Shown: piece by piece, positions 29,696-39,652 of the stretch
How positions within the stretch are numbered: the stretch's first letter is position 1
Layout of the letters: every line of letters begins with the position of its first letter
Position numbers and translations under genes: made by a program
NCBI GenBank assembly: GCA_050014915.1
Contig: JBEKCK010000001.1
Location: forward strand, 38,126-102,125
Origin: Acidimicrobiales bacterium
Lineage (GTDB): Bacteria > Actinomycetota > Acidimicrobiia > Acidimicrobiales > RAAP-2
Length of the DNA: 64,000 bases
Direction of reading: 5' to 3'
The notes under the pieces: generated by a model
What the model saw: the letters and a program-made list of their open reading frames with translations, nothing else
What the model was told of the DNA's origin: nothing
Database searches by the model: none

Positions 29696-30619
29696 ATGTT
29701 CCGATTGGGGCTAGTCGGCGCCGGGCGCATGGGCCGGACACACCTGCGGGCGCTGCGTGAATCTTCGGACGTGGGGATCGTGGCGGTCGCCGAACCGCTC
29801 GACGCCCTCCGTGAGGAGGCGGTCGCCGCCTTCGACGTCGCCGGCTACTCGTCGCTGTCGGACATGCTCGCCTCCGGCGGCATCGACGGCGTCTTGATCG
29901 TGACCCCGAGTGACAGTCACGTCGACGTGATCGCGCTCGTCGCCGCGGCCGGTCTGCCGATCCTCTGTGAGAAGCCGTGTGGCGTGTCGGCCGACGACAC
30001 TCGCCGCGCGCAGAAGATCGTGCGCGACGCGGGCGTCGCGCTGCAGATCGGTTACTGGCGCCGCTTCGTTCCCACGCTCGAGCTGCTGCGCGAAGGGATC
30101 GAGAGTGGACACTTCGGCGACGTGTTGTCGCTGTCGTGTCTCCAGTGGGACGGCGCGCCTCCGTCGTCGGCCTTTCGATCGCGTAGTGGCGGCGTGTTCA
30201 TCGACATGGGCGTCCACGAATTCGATCAGGCCCGCTGGCTCACCGGCAGCGACTTCACCTCGATGGCGGCCGTCGCCTCACCGGCCATCAGTGATCCCGA
30301 CGTCTCGGACGACCCGGACAGCGCGCAGGTCCTCTGTGCGACGACCTCCGGCGCCACCGTGTTCGTCTCCCTCGGTCGTCACTACGACGGCGGCGACATG
30401 GCGAGCATCGAAGTATTCGGATCAAAGGACCACATGCACTCCGTGTTCTTGGATCCCGACGACGGTGAACGGGCGCAGCTCGAGGCGCTGGTCCTCCAGG
30501 CGCAGTCCTTCGCGGAGTACGCGAGGGGTGGACCGTGTCGGGGAGCGAGCGTCGAGGACGCGATCGCCGCGCTCGAGGCCGCCGCCCGCGCCGCCGGCCA
30601 ATTGGCCGCGAGCCGCTGA
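29696..30619 (+). CDS. Gfo/Idh/MocA family oxidoreductase (inositol dehydrogenase-like)
   Basis: LGLVGAGRMGRTHLRAL Rossmann motif and LCEKP motif. Located in the inositol operon. Confidence 0.8.
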   Translation: MFRLGLVGAGRMGRTHLRALRESSDVGIVAVAEPLDALREEAVAAFDVAGYSSLSDMLASGGIDGVLIVTPSDSHVDVIALVAAAGLPILCEKPCGVSADDTRRAQKIVRDAGVALQIGYWRRFVPTLELLREGIESGHFGDVLSLSCLQWDGAPPSSAFRSRSGGVFIDMGVHEFDQARWLTGSDFTSMAAVASPAISDPDVSDDPDSAQVLCATTSGATVFVSLGRHYDGGDMASIEVFGSKDHMHSVFLDPDDGERAQLEALVLQAQSFAEYARGGPCRGASVEDAIAALEAAARAAGQLAASR

Positions 30620-30622
30620 ACC

Positions 30623-31753
30623 GTGTCGACCAAGAATCTTCGCGTCGGCATCGTCGGGTACGGCGTGATGGGTCGGGCCCACGCCTACGCCTACCGCGCG
30701 GCCCCGCTTATCCGACCGTCGTCGGTCACCTTCACGCCGGTCGTCATGTCGGGGCGCAACGCCCACGCGGTGGCGAAGGTCGCACGGGACTGCGGCATCG
30801 ACGCGTGGGTGACCGATTGGTGTCAGCTCGTGGAACGCGACGACGTCGACGTCGTCGACGTCTGCACGCCGCCGGGCACGCACGCCGCGATCATCGAAGC
30901 CGCGGCGCGCGCCGGCAAGGACGTCTTCTGCGAGAAGCCCCTCGCGACGAACTACGCCGACGCCCGATCGGCGCTCGATGCCGCCGAGACGTCCGGGGTC
31001 CGTCACGCCATCGGGTTCAACTACCGTCGACTGCCGGCCGTGTCGTTGATGGCCGAGATGATCGCGAACGGCGAGTTGGGTGAGGTCCACCTGTGGCGCG
31101 GCACCTGGCTCTCGGACGAGTTTGTCGATCCCGACATCGCATTCGATTGGCGCTTCGAGTCCTCCATGGGCGGCAGCACCATCGGCGACCTCGGGAGTCA
31201 TCTCATCGACATGGCGACGTGGATGCTCGGACCGATTGAAGAGGTCACGGCGATGTCCTCGACGTTCATCGGGAGTCGCGACGACGCCGGAAGCGCGCGA
31301 ACCGTGGAGGTCGAGGACGCGTCGTCGGCGCTCGCACGGTTCTCCTCGGGCGCGCACGGCACGATGGAGGTCGCGCGCGCCGCACCGCGGCGTCCCTGTG
31401 ACTTCACGATCGAGGTGAACGGGAGCAAGGGGACCGTGATGTTCTCCTACGCGCAGCTGAACGAGTTATGGGTGGGCAGCACCGACGATGACGCCCGCCT
31501 CTACGGACTGCGACGCGTCCGCGCCGAACACCGGACGCAGCCCGAGACGGCCGGATGGTGGCCCATCGGCCAGGGCGTTGGCTACGACGCCAGTCTGATC
31601 AATCAAGTCGCGGACCTGGCGGCGACCTGGGAGGCACGTGCGTGGAGTCCCGATTTCACGGTCGGCGCCAACGTCGCTGCGGTCTGCGCGGCGATGGAGC
31701 TTTCGGCGGTCGAGCGGCGATGGGTGCCGGTCGACGAGATCGTGCGAGGGTAA
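30623..31753 (+). CDS. Gfo/Idh/MocA family oxidoreductase
   Basis: GTG start. VGIVGYGVMGRAHAYAY Rossmann motif and FCEKP motif. Confidence 0.8.
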   Translation: MSTKNLRVGIVGYGVMGRAHAYAYRAAPLIRPSSVTFTPVVMSGRNAHAVAKVARDCGIDAWVTDWCQLVERDDVDVVDVCTPPGTHAAIIEAAARAGKDVFCEKPLATNYADARSALDAAETSGVRHAIGFNYRRLPAVSLMAEMIANGELGEVHLWRGTWLSDEFVDPDIAFDWRFESSMGGSTIGDLGSHLIDMATWMLGPIEEVTAMSSTFIGSRDDAGSARTVEVEDASSALARFSSGAHGTMEVARAAPRRPCDFTIEVNGSKGTVMFSYAQLNELWVGSTDDDARLYGLRRVRAEHRTQPETAGWWPIGQGVGYDASLINQVADLAATWEARAWSPDFTVGANVAAVCAAMELSAVERRWVPVDEIVRG

Positions 31754-31823
31754 GGGACTAGTCGTCTCCGTAGGCCGTCCAACATTTCCAGAAACGCCCG
31801 CCACATAGTCCGTGCTGCTGGAC

Positions 31824-32864
31824 CTATTCTTCGCGGGCCAACGTCGTCGCGAAGTCGGCCACTGCGCGAGCGCTCTCGCGACTGATCTCCGGACAGATCG
31901 TCGGGAACATCTCGGTCGCGTGCATCGTGCCCAACACTTCGACGGCCCGGGCCGCGACCCCGGCCGAGAGCAGTAGACGATAGAACGCCACGCCCTCGTC
32001 ACGGAGGGGGTCGCATTCGTTCACGCTGATGACCGTGGGCGGAAGTCCGACGACGTCCTCACGGCTCGCGAAGCCCGGCCAGGCGAGCGGATCACGCGCG
32101 TCGAAGGCTTCGATGCCGTAGCCGATGCGTCCGCGGTTGTTCTGCACGTCGCTTAGCAGTGCGCTGAACGTGCGGGACGAGGGGTAGCGCGCGTCGGGCC
32201 ACGCGCCGTTGATGAACGGGCAGAAGGCGTAGAGGCCCCTGACGATGTCGAGGTCGCCGTCGCGCTTGAGTCGCAGGGCCGTCGCGAGGGTCAGGTTGCC
32301 GCCGCCACTCTCGCCGGAGACGACGATCCGCGTGCGGTCGACGCCGAGTGACGCGGCGTGGTCGCGGACGTAGCGCAGCCCAGAGACGCAGTCGTTGAGT
32401 CCGGCCGGATAGGGCGCGACCTCGTTCACCGTCGACGGGGAGACGGCGTTGCGGAATTCCACCATCACCACGACGACGCCGCTCGCCGCAATGAGTCGAC
32501 CCCACGAGCGATAGGTGCCGTAGGTGCACGAGAGCGAGGCCATTCCGCCGCCGTGGATGTAGTAGACGCACGGCCGGATCTCGTCGTCGTCCGGTCGGAC
32601 TACGTGCAACGTGATGACGTTGTCGTCGGGCGACGAGACGATGTCGAGTGAATCGAAGCGGAGCCCCCGTGACGGCGCGACCTCCTCACTGTCACCGGAC
32701 TCCCGGAAGGCGGCGTCGGCGGCGATGCTCGCGCGTCCCGCCGGTGACGAGGCCTCGGCGAGCAACTCCTCCCGGTTGACGACGTCAGGGTACGCGACCT
32801 CGGGGTGGGCAAGGTTGAACGCGCGAACGCGTGGATCCAGTCGTAGGTCGATCTCGTTGGTCAT
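31824..32864 (-). CDS. alpha/beta hydrolase, hormone-sensitive-lipase (family IV) type esterase
   Basis: Oxyanion motif IHGGGM, nucleophile elbow GESGGG, and a downstream DPLRDEG ... H pattern. Confidence 0.8.
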   Translation of the reverse strand: MTNEIDLRLDPRVRAFNLAHPEVAYPDVVNREELLAEASSPAGRASIAADAAFRESGDSEEVAPSRGLRFDSLDIVSSPDDNVITLHVVRPDDDEIRPCVYYIHGGGMASLSCTYGTYRSWGRLIAASGVVVVMVEFRNAVSPSTVNEVAPYPAGLNDCVSGLRYVRDHAASLGVDRTRIVVSGESGGGNLTLATALRLKRDGDLDIVRGLYAFCPFINGAWPDARYPSSRTFSALLSDVQNNRGRIGYGIEAFDARDPLAWPGFASREDVVGLPPTVISVNECDPLRDEGVAFYRLLLSAGVAARAVEVLGTMHATEMFPTICPEISRESARAVADFATTLAREE

Positions 32865-32865
32865 C

Positions 32866-34293
32866 TCAGTGGTTCCCGGAGTTCCGGTGTTCGAGCGCGC
32901 GATGCCGGGGCCAGGGGCGACGGAACTCGTAGCGAGCGGCCGCGGCGAGAAGGAGGTCCTCGCGGAATCGCGGCGCGATCACTTGCAGACCGACGGGAAC
33001 GCCGTCGACGAGTCCCGCCGGGAGGCTGATCGCGGGCAGGTTGGCCAGGTTCGCGAGCATGGCGAGGACGACCGACATCCCGCCGTGAACCTCGACGCCT
33101 TCGATCTCGGTGGGCATCGGACCTTCGGCGGCGAACGGGGGCATCGATGACATCGGGGTCACGATGAGGTCGACGTCACGCAATATCGCGGCTACCTCGT
33201 GAACGAGTTGGCGCCGCTGCCATTCGACGTGGGCGGCCCACGGGAGTGTTCGTTCGCGCAGCGACGCCCAGCCTGGCGCCGATCTCGGGTCGAGTTCGTC
33301 GAGGTGGTTCTCCCAGAGGTCGCGGTCGACGCCGACGAACTTGTCGACGCCCTCGATCGCCACGTACGTCCCGATGTAGTCATCAAGGTCGATCGGTCGT
33401 TCGACGAACGTCGCTCCGATGGAGGCCACGAAATCCTTGGCGGCGTCATGACAGAGCGCGCCGACTCGCGAGTCGACGACGGCGAAGCCGAGGTCGTTCG
33501 ACCACGCGACGCGACACCCGGAGAGACCGACTGCGTCGATCGCCTCGACGTACGACGTCGTCGGCGACGGCAGTGACGTGCGGTCCCGGTCGTCCGGTCC
33601 GGCCATGACGTCGAGCAACAGTGCGCAGTCGAGGACGTTCGTCGTGAGGCTGCCGACGACCGAGTTCTGCGCGAGGTGTGTGTCGCCGAAGGTGGGTATT
33701 CGGCCGTAGGTGCATTTGAGACCGACGAGTCCGGTGAAGCTCGCGGGCGTGCGAATCGAGCCGCCGCCGTCGCTGGCGGTGGCGAAGGGGACCATGCCGT
33801 TCGACACGGCCGCGGCGGACCCTCCGCTGGAGCCGCCGGGTGTTCGAGCGAGGTCCCAGGGATTTCGCGTGACGCCGAGGAGCGGACTCGCGGTGTAGGC
33901 CCACGCGCCGAACTCGGGCGTTGCGGTCTTGCCGATGGGAATCGCGCCAGCGTGGCGCAGACGACCGACATGTATCGAATCCACCGACTTCACTGGTCCG
34001 TCGGCGAACCACCGTGATCCGCGGGTCGTCGGCATGCCCGCGCAGTCTTCGAGGTCCTTCACGCCGAACGGGACTCCCGCGAGCGGTCCCAACTCATCGG
34101 CGCGACCGTCGAGGACGGTTCGGTCAACCTCGCGGGCTGAGGTGATGGCGTGCTCCTCGTCGATGAAGATGAACGCGTTCAGCGACGTATTCTCCGTATC
34201 CACGGCGTCGAGACACTGCCGAGTGAGATCCTCGGCCGAGAGCTCGCCGGCTCGGATGAGCAGTGCGGCCTCGCTCACTGAGGGTGTTTCCAT
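32866..34293 (-). CDS. amidase (amidase-signature family)
   Basis: AS-family motifs GVPFGVKD and GGSSGGSAAAV. Its stop lies 1 nt from the esterase start. Confidence 0.85.
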   Translation of the reverse strand: METPSVSEAALLIRAGELSAEDLTRQCLDAVDTENTSLNAFIFIDEEHAITSAREVDRTVLDGRADELGPLAGVPFGVKDLEDCAGMPTTRGSRWFADGPVKSVDSIHVGRLRHAGAIPIGKTATPEFGAWAYTASPLLGVTRNPWDLARTPGGSSGGSAAAVSNGMVPFATASDGGGSIRTPASFTGLVGLKCTYGRIPTFGDTHLAQNSVVGSLTTNVLDCALLLDVMAGPDDRDRTSLPSPTTSYVEAIDAVGLSGCRVAWSNDLGFAVVDSRVGALCHDAAKDFVASIGATFVERPIDLDDYIGTYVAIEGVDKFVGVDRDLWENHLDELDPRSAPGWASLRERTLPWAAHVEWQRRQLVHEVAAILRDVDLIVTPMSSMPPFAAEGPMPTEIEGVEVHGGMSVVLAMLANLANLPAISLPAGLVDGVPVGLQVIAPRFREDLLLAAAARYEFRRPWPRHRALEHRNSGNH

Positions 34294-34346
34294 CCATTCG
34301 GCCTAGCAGATGTCGAACTCCGTTGGCGCACGAAATCAAGTGGCGA

Positions 34347-35135
34347 CTACGGAGCGAGGATCTTCTGGAAGCGACGCGAGGCGATCGAGAGACCGAGGAG
34401 CGCGATTGCGAGCAGATAACCGGCGCGAAAGACCATGATCCAGTCGAAGCGCCCGAGCGAGAATCCCCGCAGCAGCGCGGCCGACTGATACAAGGGTGAG
34501 ACGGTGACGATCGCACCTAACCAATGCGGGTACAACGTCACCGGAAAGAACGTCCCCGAGAACAAGAAGAGCGGGAGTTGGACGAGCAGTACCAAGTCGA
34601 AGTCCTGCCACGTTCGCATGAACGTGCACGCGGCGAGCCCCATGCAACTGAAGGTGAGGCTCGTGAGGATCGCTCCGGGCCAGCAGAGGATCACCCACGC
34701 GCTGCCCGTGTCACCTAGTGCGGCCATGCAGACGATGAACGACGCCGAGTACATCGTCGCGCGCGTCAACGCCCACAGAACTTCGCCCATGGCGATATCC
34801 GTCACCTCGAGGGGCGTGGACAAAAGTGCGTCATACGAATGGGAGATCTTCAGCCTGAAGAACGTGTTGAAGATCGAGTCGATCATCGCGCCGTTCATCG
34901 CCGAAGCGGCGAGCATGCCCGGCGCGACGAACAGGGCGTAACTGACGACCTCACCGCTCACGTGCAGGTTACCGACGAGTTTGTTGAGTCCGATGGTGAT
35001 CGAGAGCAGATAGAAGAGTGGCTCGAAGAAGCCCGAGATGAGCATGACCCACTGCGTGCGGTAGATCATCACGTTGCGTTCGAGCACGCGCAAGGAACGG
35101 CGTGAGCCGACCATCGGGAAGGTTCGCGTGAGCAT
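34347..35135 (-). CDS. ABC-2 type transporter permease
   Basis: Only the last 262 codons of track ORF 34347..35894 are membrane-like (MLTRTFPMVG...). The ATG at 35135 overlaps the upstream TGA by 1 nt (TGATG). Confidence 0.8.
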   Translation of the reverse strand: MLTRTFPMVGSRRSLRVLERNVMIYRTQWVMLISGFFEPLFYLLSITIGLNKLVGNLHVSGEVVSYALFVAPGMLAASAMNGAMIDSIFNTFFRLKISHSYDALLSTPLEVTDIAMGEVLWALTRATMYSASFIVCMAALGDTGSAWVILCWPGAILTSLTFSCMGLAACTFMRTWQDFDLVLLVQLPLFLFSGTFFPVTLYPHWLGAIVTVSPLYQSAALLRGFSLGRFDWIMVFRAGYLLAIALLGLSIASRRFQKILAP

Positions 35136-35932
35136 CAGTAGGTCAACCTTCGCCGCATCGTGTGTCGTCCCCAGACGACGCCGACGACGGTCATCGCGAG
35201 CAGTACCACCACGTGGCCCAATTGCGCTGCGACGGTACCCTGACCGAAGGCCGCCGCCCGCGCGAGCGCCACGCCGTGATAGAGGGGGAAGAACTGCACC
35301 ACCGGTCGCAGATAGCCGGGGTACGCCGACAGTGGATAGAAGGTCGCCGAGAAGAGGAACATCGGCACGAAGGCGAATCGGTAGATCGTGATGAACGACG
35401 CTTCGGACTCCGAGCGCGCGGCGTAGGCGACCAGTGGCGCCGAGAAGGCCAACGCGACGAGGGTTCCGATGAAGGGCAGCGTGAGGCTCCACCACGACTG
35501 CAGGGCGCCGAAACAAGCGATGACGATCACGTAGAACACGGAGGTGAGAAACGCCCGCGTGGCGACCCACGCGAGTTTGCCAAACAAGATGTCCTCCGGC
35601 TCCAAGGGCGTCGTCGCCGCGGCGTGATACGTGCGTACCCATTTGAGACACGCGAGGACCGGCCAGAGCGATTCGCCTTCGCCCAGTTGCATGGTGGTGG
35701 TCGCGAGCAGGCTCGGTGCGATGTAGTGGAGATACGTCTGACCATCGACAAGTCCCGTGTGGCGCGATACGAGATGACCGACGCCGATGCCGAGTGACGC
35801 CAGAAACAGAATCGGGAATAGCACGGAGCTCGCGACCGAACCGCGCCACGTCTGGGCGTAGTACTCGGCATGAAAGCCCCAACTTCGACGCCACCGGGGA
35901 CGACTGACATCGGCTCTCGACGTCTGGATCAC
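35135..35932 (-). CDS. ABC-2 type transporter permease
   Basis: 265-aa six-TM ABC-2-like protein directly downstream of the ATPase. Confidence 0.8.
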   Translation of the reverse strand: MIQTSRADVSRPRWRRSWGFHAEYYAQTWRGSVASSVLFPILFLASLGIGVGHLVSRHTGLVDGQTYLHYIAPSLLATTTMQLGEGESLWPVLACLKWVRTYHAAATTPLEPEDILFGKLAWVATRAFLTSVFYVIVIACFGALQSWWSLTLPFIGTLVALAFSAPLVAYAARSESEASFITIYRFAFVPMFLFSATFYPLSAYPGYLRPVVQFFPLYHGVALARAAAFGQGTVAAQLGHVVVLLAMTVVGVVWGRHTMRRRLTY

Positions 35933-35934
35933 GG

Positions 35935-36861
35935 CTACTCCGTCAACGATCGGCCGGTGAGGTGCAAGAAGACGTCTTCGAGTGAGCTGCGTCGAACGAG
36001 GGTGCTCGACGGCTCGATGCCGGCGGCGTGCACGTCGCGTAACGTTTCGTCACCGTTGTTGACGTAGAGCAAGACGCGGTCCGGTAGGACTTCGACACGT
36101 TCGGCGAACGGCGCCAACCGACCGCAGTACTCCTCGTGGTCGTCGGTCGTGAAGCGCAGCTCCACCACCTCTCGGGTGGAGAATCGCTCAATAAGGGCTC
36201 GAGGCGCTCCTTCTGCGACGATCGATCCCTGATCCATGACGACCAAACGATCACACAGTTGTTCCGCCTCATCCATGTAGTGCGTCGTGATGATAAGCGT
36301 GACGCCTTCACGTTTGAGTCGATAGAGACGGTCCCAGACAAGATGGCGTGCCTGTGGGTCGAGTCCGGTCGTCGGCTCGTCGAGAATGAGGATCTCCGGA
36401 CGGTTGATGAGTCCGCGAGCTATGGTCAGTCTTCGCTTCATCCCACCGGACAGATCGTCGACCTTGTCGTTGCCACGTTCGGCGAGCTGGGTGAACTCGA
36501 GTAGCTCGGCGACGCGTTCGCGCACGACGCGACGGGGAAGGTCGAAATACCGACCGAACATCTCCAAGTTGTGTCGAACCGAGAGCTCGAGTTCGAGCGA
36601 ATCCTCTTGTGTCACGACGCCGAGGCGACTGCGGATCTCTGGTCCGTCGGTCCTCGGGTCGAGGCCGAAGATCGAGATCTCCCCGGACGTGGGCTGGGAT
36701 ACCGCCGAGATCATTCGCATGGTGCTGGTCTTGCCCGCGCCGTTGGGACCAAGAAATCCGAAACTTTCACCTCGATTGATGGCGACGTCGATGCCCTTCA
36801 CGGCTTGGAAGTCGCCAAATCGTTTCACCAGTTGACGCGCCTCGAGGATGTGGGCGTTCAC
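35935..36861 (-). CDS. ABC transporter ATP-binding protein (DrrA/NodI-like exporter ATPase)
   Basis: Walker A GPNGAGKT, signature LSGGMKRRL, Walker B ILILDEPT. Confidence 0.9.
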   Translation of the reverse strand: MNAHILEARQLVKRFGDFQAVKGIDVAINRGESFGFLGPNGAGKTSTMRMISAVSQPTSGEISIFGLDPRTDGPEIRSRLGVVTQEDSLELELSVRHNLEMFGRYFDLPRRVVRERVAELLEFTQLAERGNDKVDDLSGGMKRRLTIARGLINRPEILILDEPTTGLDPQARHLVWDRLYRLKREGVTLIITTHYMDEAEQLCDRLVVMDQGSIVAEGAPRALIERFSTREVVELRFTTDDHEEYCGRLAPFAERVEVLPDRVLLYVNNGDETLRDVHAAGIEPSSTLVRRSSLEDVFLHLTGRSLTE

Positions 36862-37057
36862 GGTGACCTCCGATCACGTGCTGCGACGGGCCCGTCCGCC
36901 CCCGAGATGATGCCCAACCTGAACACGAGTGTCGCGTCCCCCTTGACTGTGTACTCATGAGTGTGCTCGGACCGCATGACGGACGTGAAGAACCCCGCCG
37001 AAGGTCCGAGGTTTCAAGTTACTAGGCCCGTGTGACGTTGAAATGTCAGGCAGGGCT

Positions 37058-38425
37058 TTAGTCCGTGACGAGGTCGCTGTCCCAATCGCGAGTCGTCAAG
37101 ATTTCGCCCATCCGACGCAAAAAGCGCGCCGCGTAGGCGCCGTCGACGGCTCGGTGGTCGAAGGTGAGGGCCAATAACCCCACGGAGTGGATACCGACCG
37201 ACTCAGTACCGTCTGACGCGGTTATCACCACGGGTTTGCGCACGACGGAGTCGGTGGACAGAATCGCGACTTGCGGCTGATTGATGATCGCACCGGTAAG
37301 GAGGGTACCGAAGGGGCCGGGGTTCGAGATTGTGAAGGTTCCTCCCGCGAGGTCATCGACCCCGAGGTGCTTCGAACGAGCCTTCTCGGCGACGTCCTTG
37401 ATTGCGCGCGCGATTTGCTTCAGGTCGAGGAGATCGGCCCGGCGAAGAACGGGTACGACCAGCCCCTCACTGTCGATGTCCACGGCGATCCCGAGATTCA
37501 CGTCGAGATGCACAATGAGCGCATCGTCGCTCACCGTGGCGTTGAGATGCGGGAAGTCTCGGAGTGCCTCGATGACGGCCGCGGCGTTGAAGGGTAGATA
37601 GTTGAGGCCGAATCCTTCTCGTTCCTTAAAGGTGTCGCCGTGACGAGCGCGAGCGAGCTCCACGTGTTCGTAATCAACCTCTTTCACCATGAGCGTGTGC
37701 GCCGAGGTTGCTTTTGAACGGACCATGTGCTCCGCCGTGAGTCGACGGATTTTGGTGAACGGAACCACTTCGTCACGATCACCACTGGAGACCGAGGTCG
37801 TCGGTGCAATCGTTAGTAGTAGGTCAACGTCGTGACGCGTGATCGTGCCGTGGGGACCGGTGCCCACCACGCTTCTCGCGTCGATGTGGTGCTCACTCAT
37901 CAGTCGCCGCACGATTGGTGACAGCGAACCGCCGACGTCTTCGACCACCGAAGTCTTCATCTCCTCAATAGCCGCGAGCACGTCTTGACGAGTGACGCGA
38001 CCATTCGGTCCCGTACCGGAGATTCCGGCGACGTCGAGATTGTTCTCCTCGAGGAGTCGTCGAACGACGGGGGAGAGTTGCTCCTGGTCTGAGCGGGATT
38101 TCTTGGGTGGCGCCTGGATGGATCGCGGTGTGTCGGACTTCTCAGACGTCTCCGCGGCGATCGTGCCGGCGGTCGCCACCGGCTCGTCGGAGCCGTCGCC
38201 AATGACGGCGAGCACGGTTCCGACGTCGACCGTCACGCCTTCGTCGACCAATATGGTGGTCAGTACGCCGCTGGTCGGGGATGGAATCTCGGTGTCGACC
38301 TTGTCCGTCGAGACCTCGAAGAGTGGTTCACCCTTCACCACGGTGTCGCCAATCTTCTTGAACCACTTCGTGACCGTGCCGTCGGCGACCGTCTCGCCCA
38401 ACTGCGGCATCGTGACATTGGCCAT
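37058..38425 (-). CDS. dihydrolipoamide acyltransferase (2-oxoacid dehydrogenase E2)
   Basis: Lipoyl domain (FEVSTDKVDTEIPSP), two E3-binding-like segments, and a catalytic domain ending in DHRAVDGAYAARFL. Confidence 0.9.
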   Translation of the reverse strand: MANVTMPQLGETVADGTVTKWFKKIGDTVVKGEPLFEVSTDKVDTEIPSPTSGVLTTILVDEGVTVDVGTVLAVIGDGSDEPVATAGTIAAETSEKSDTPRSIQAPPKKSRSDQEQLSPVVRRLLEENNLDVAGISGTGPNGRVTRQDVLAAIEEMKTSVVEDVGGSLSPIVRRLMSEHHIDARSVVGTGPHGTITRHDVDLLLTIAPTTSVSSGDRDEVVPFTKIRRLTAEHMVRSKATSAHTLMVKEVDYEHVELARARHGDTFKEREGFGLNYLPFNAAAVIEALRDFPHLNATVSDDALIVHLDVNLGIAVDIDSEGLVVPVLRRADLLDLKQIARAIKDVAEKARSKHLGVDDLAGGTFTISNPGPFGTLLTGAIINQPQVAILSTDSVVRKPVVITASDGTESVGIHSVGLLALTFDHRAVDGAYAARFLRRMGEILTTRDWDSDLVTD

Positions 38426-38509
38426 GAGTCCTGTCCTTCGAGTTCTGGTGCGACGGTCAGATGGTGGAGGAAGGTCCGAATGAACGCGGCGCGAGCCCTA
38501 TTTCCACGC

Positions 38510-38538
38510 TTGATTGCCCTACGGTGAAGTTATATGCT
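38510..38538 (+). promoter_or_regulatory. putative promoter of the E1 alpha/beta operon
   Basis: TTGATT (38510-38515), 17-nt spacer, TATGCT (38533-38538), in the E2/E1 divergent region. Confidence 0.3.
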
Positions 38539-38644
38539 ACTGCATGTTAAGTCACGATGAACGACGGTTCGACGCCACACCGTAGTCTCGTCGTCGGACG
38601 GATGAATCGTTCCGCGTCGTCCACGAGTATGGGAGATCACGAAG

Positions 38645-39652
38645 ATGGTCAGCACCAAAGTCGCGTCGCCGCCAGTCGAACTGACCAGCAAGCTCGATCT
38701 CTACCGGTGTCAGTTGGCGCTGCGCAAGTTCGAGGAACGCGCCTACGACCTGTTCTTGGAGAACTTCGTCAAGGGCACGAGCCACCTGTCGATCGGCCAA
38801 GAGGCGATCGCGGCCGGCTTCGCCGCGGCCATGCGTCCGACGGACTGGACCTTCGCCACTTATCGCGGTCACGCCCACACCCTGGCGCGGGGCGTGCCGA
38901 TGACGCCGGTCTTCGCCGAACTGATGGGCCGCACCAACGGCCTGATGGCCGGAAAGGGCGGTTCGATGCACCTGACCAGCGTGGAGCACGGCGTCATGGG
39001 CAGTTACGCGATCATCGGCGCCCACATGCCGATCGCCTGCGGCGCCGCGTGGAGCGCGCAGTACCGCAAGACCGACCAGGTCGCGGTCTGCTTCTTCGGC
39101 GACGGCTCCGTGAACATCGGGGCCTTTCACGAAGCCCTGAACTTTGCGGCGATCTGGAAGCTGCCCGTCGTGTTCGTGTGCGAGAACAACCTGTGGATGG
39201 AGTACACCCGAACGAGCGAGGTGACGGCGGTCGCCAACCCCGCCGCCGATCGTGCCAGCGCCTACGGCCTGGATTCGATCATGGTGGACGGCAACGACGC
39301 CGACGCGGTCTTCGAGGTCGCGGCCAGCGCGATCGCGCGCGCCCGCGCCGGTGAAGGGCCGAGCATGATCGAGGCGTTGACCTACCGTCACGGTGGTCAC
39401 TCGAGAGCCGACCCCGGCAAGTACCGTCCGGACGCCGAGGTGGCGGAGTGGCTCGCGAAGGACCCGATCCCGCGGTACCGGCAACGACTCCTCGATCTCG
39501 GGGCGAGCGAAGAGGAGTTGATCGCCATCGAGAATGAGGTAGTGGCCGAAGTCGAGCAAGCGACCGAGGAGGCCAAAGCCGGAGCCATCCCGGGTGAGGA
39601 CCTCCTGATGAAGGACGTGTGGGCCGACGGAGGTGGATCATGGCGCAACTGA
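38645..39652 (+). CDS. 2-oxoacid dehydrogenase E1 component alpha subunit (TPP-dependent)
   Basis: TPP-binding block GDGSVNIGAFHEALNFAAIWKLPVVFVCENN. Confidence 0.9.
   Translation: MVSTKVASPPVELTSKLDLYRCQLALRKFEERAYDLFLENFVKGTSHLSIGQEAIAAGFAAAMRPTDWTFATYRGHAHTLARGVPMTPVFAELMGRTNGLMAGKGGSMHLTSVEHGVMGSYAIIGAHMPIACGAAWSAQYRKTDQVAVCFFGDGSVNIGAFHEALNFAAIWKLPVVFVCENNLWMEYTRTSEVTAVANPAADRASAYGLDSIMVDGNDADAVFEVAASAIARARAGEGPSMIEALTYRHGGHSRADPGKYRPDAEVAEWLAKDPIPRYRQRLLDLGASEEELIAIENEVVAEVEQATEEAKAGAIPGEDLLMKDVWADGGGSWRN

Noticed and set aside
35136-35894. N-terminal 253 codons of track ORF 34347..35894.
   Set aside because: This part overlaps the upstream ABC-2 permease gene in another frame and is Arg/Gly/Ser-rich. 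Membrane-like sequence starts only at MLTRTF (35135).
38552-39559. 335-codon minus-strand ORF opposite the E1 alpha gene.
   Set aside because: Its composition is rich in Arg, Gly, Asp, His and Val with no recognisable motifs. It is exactly antisense to a gene with clear TPP-binding motifs, which makes it a typical high-GC shadow ORF.
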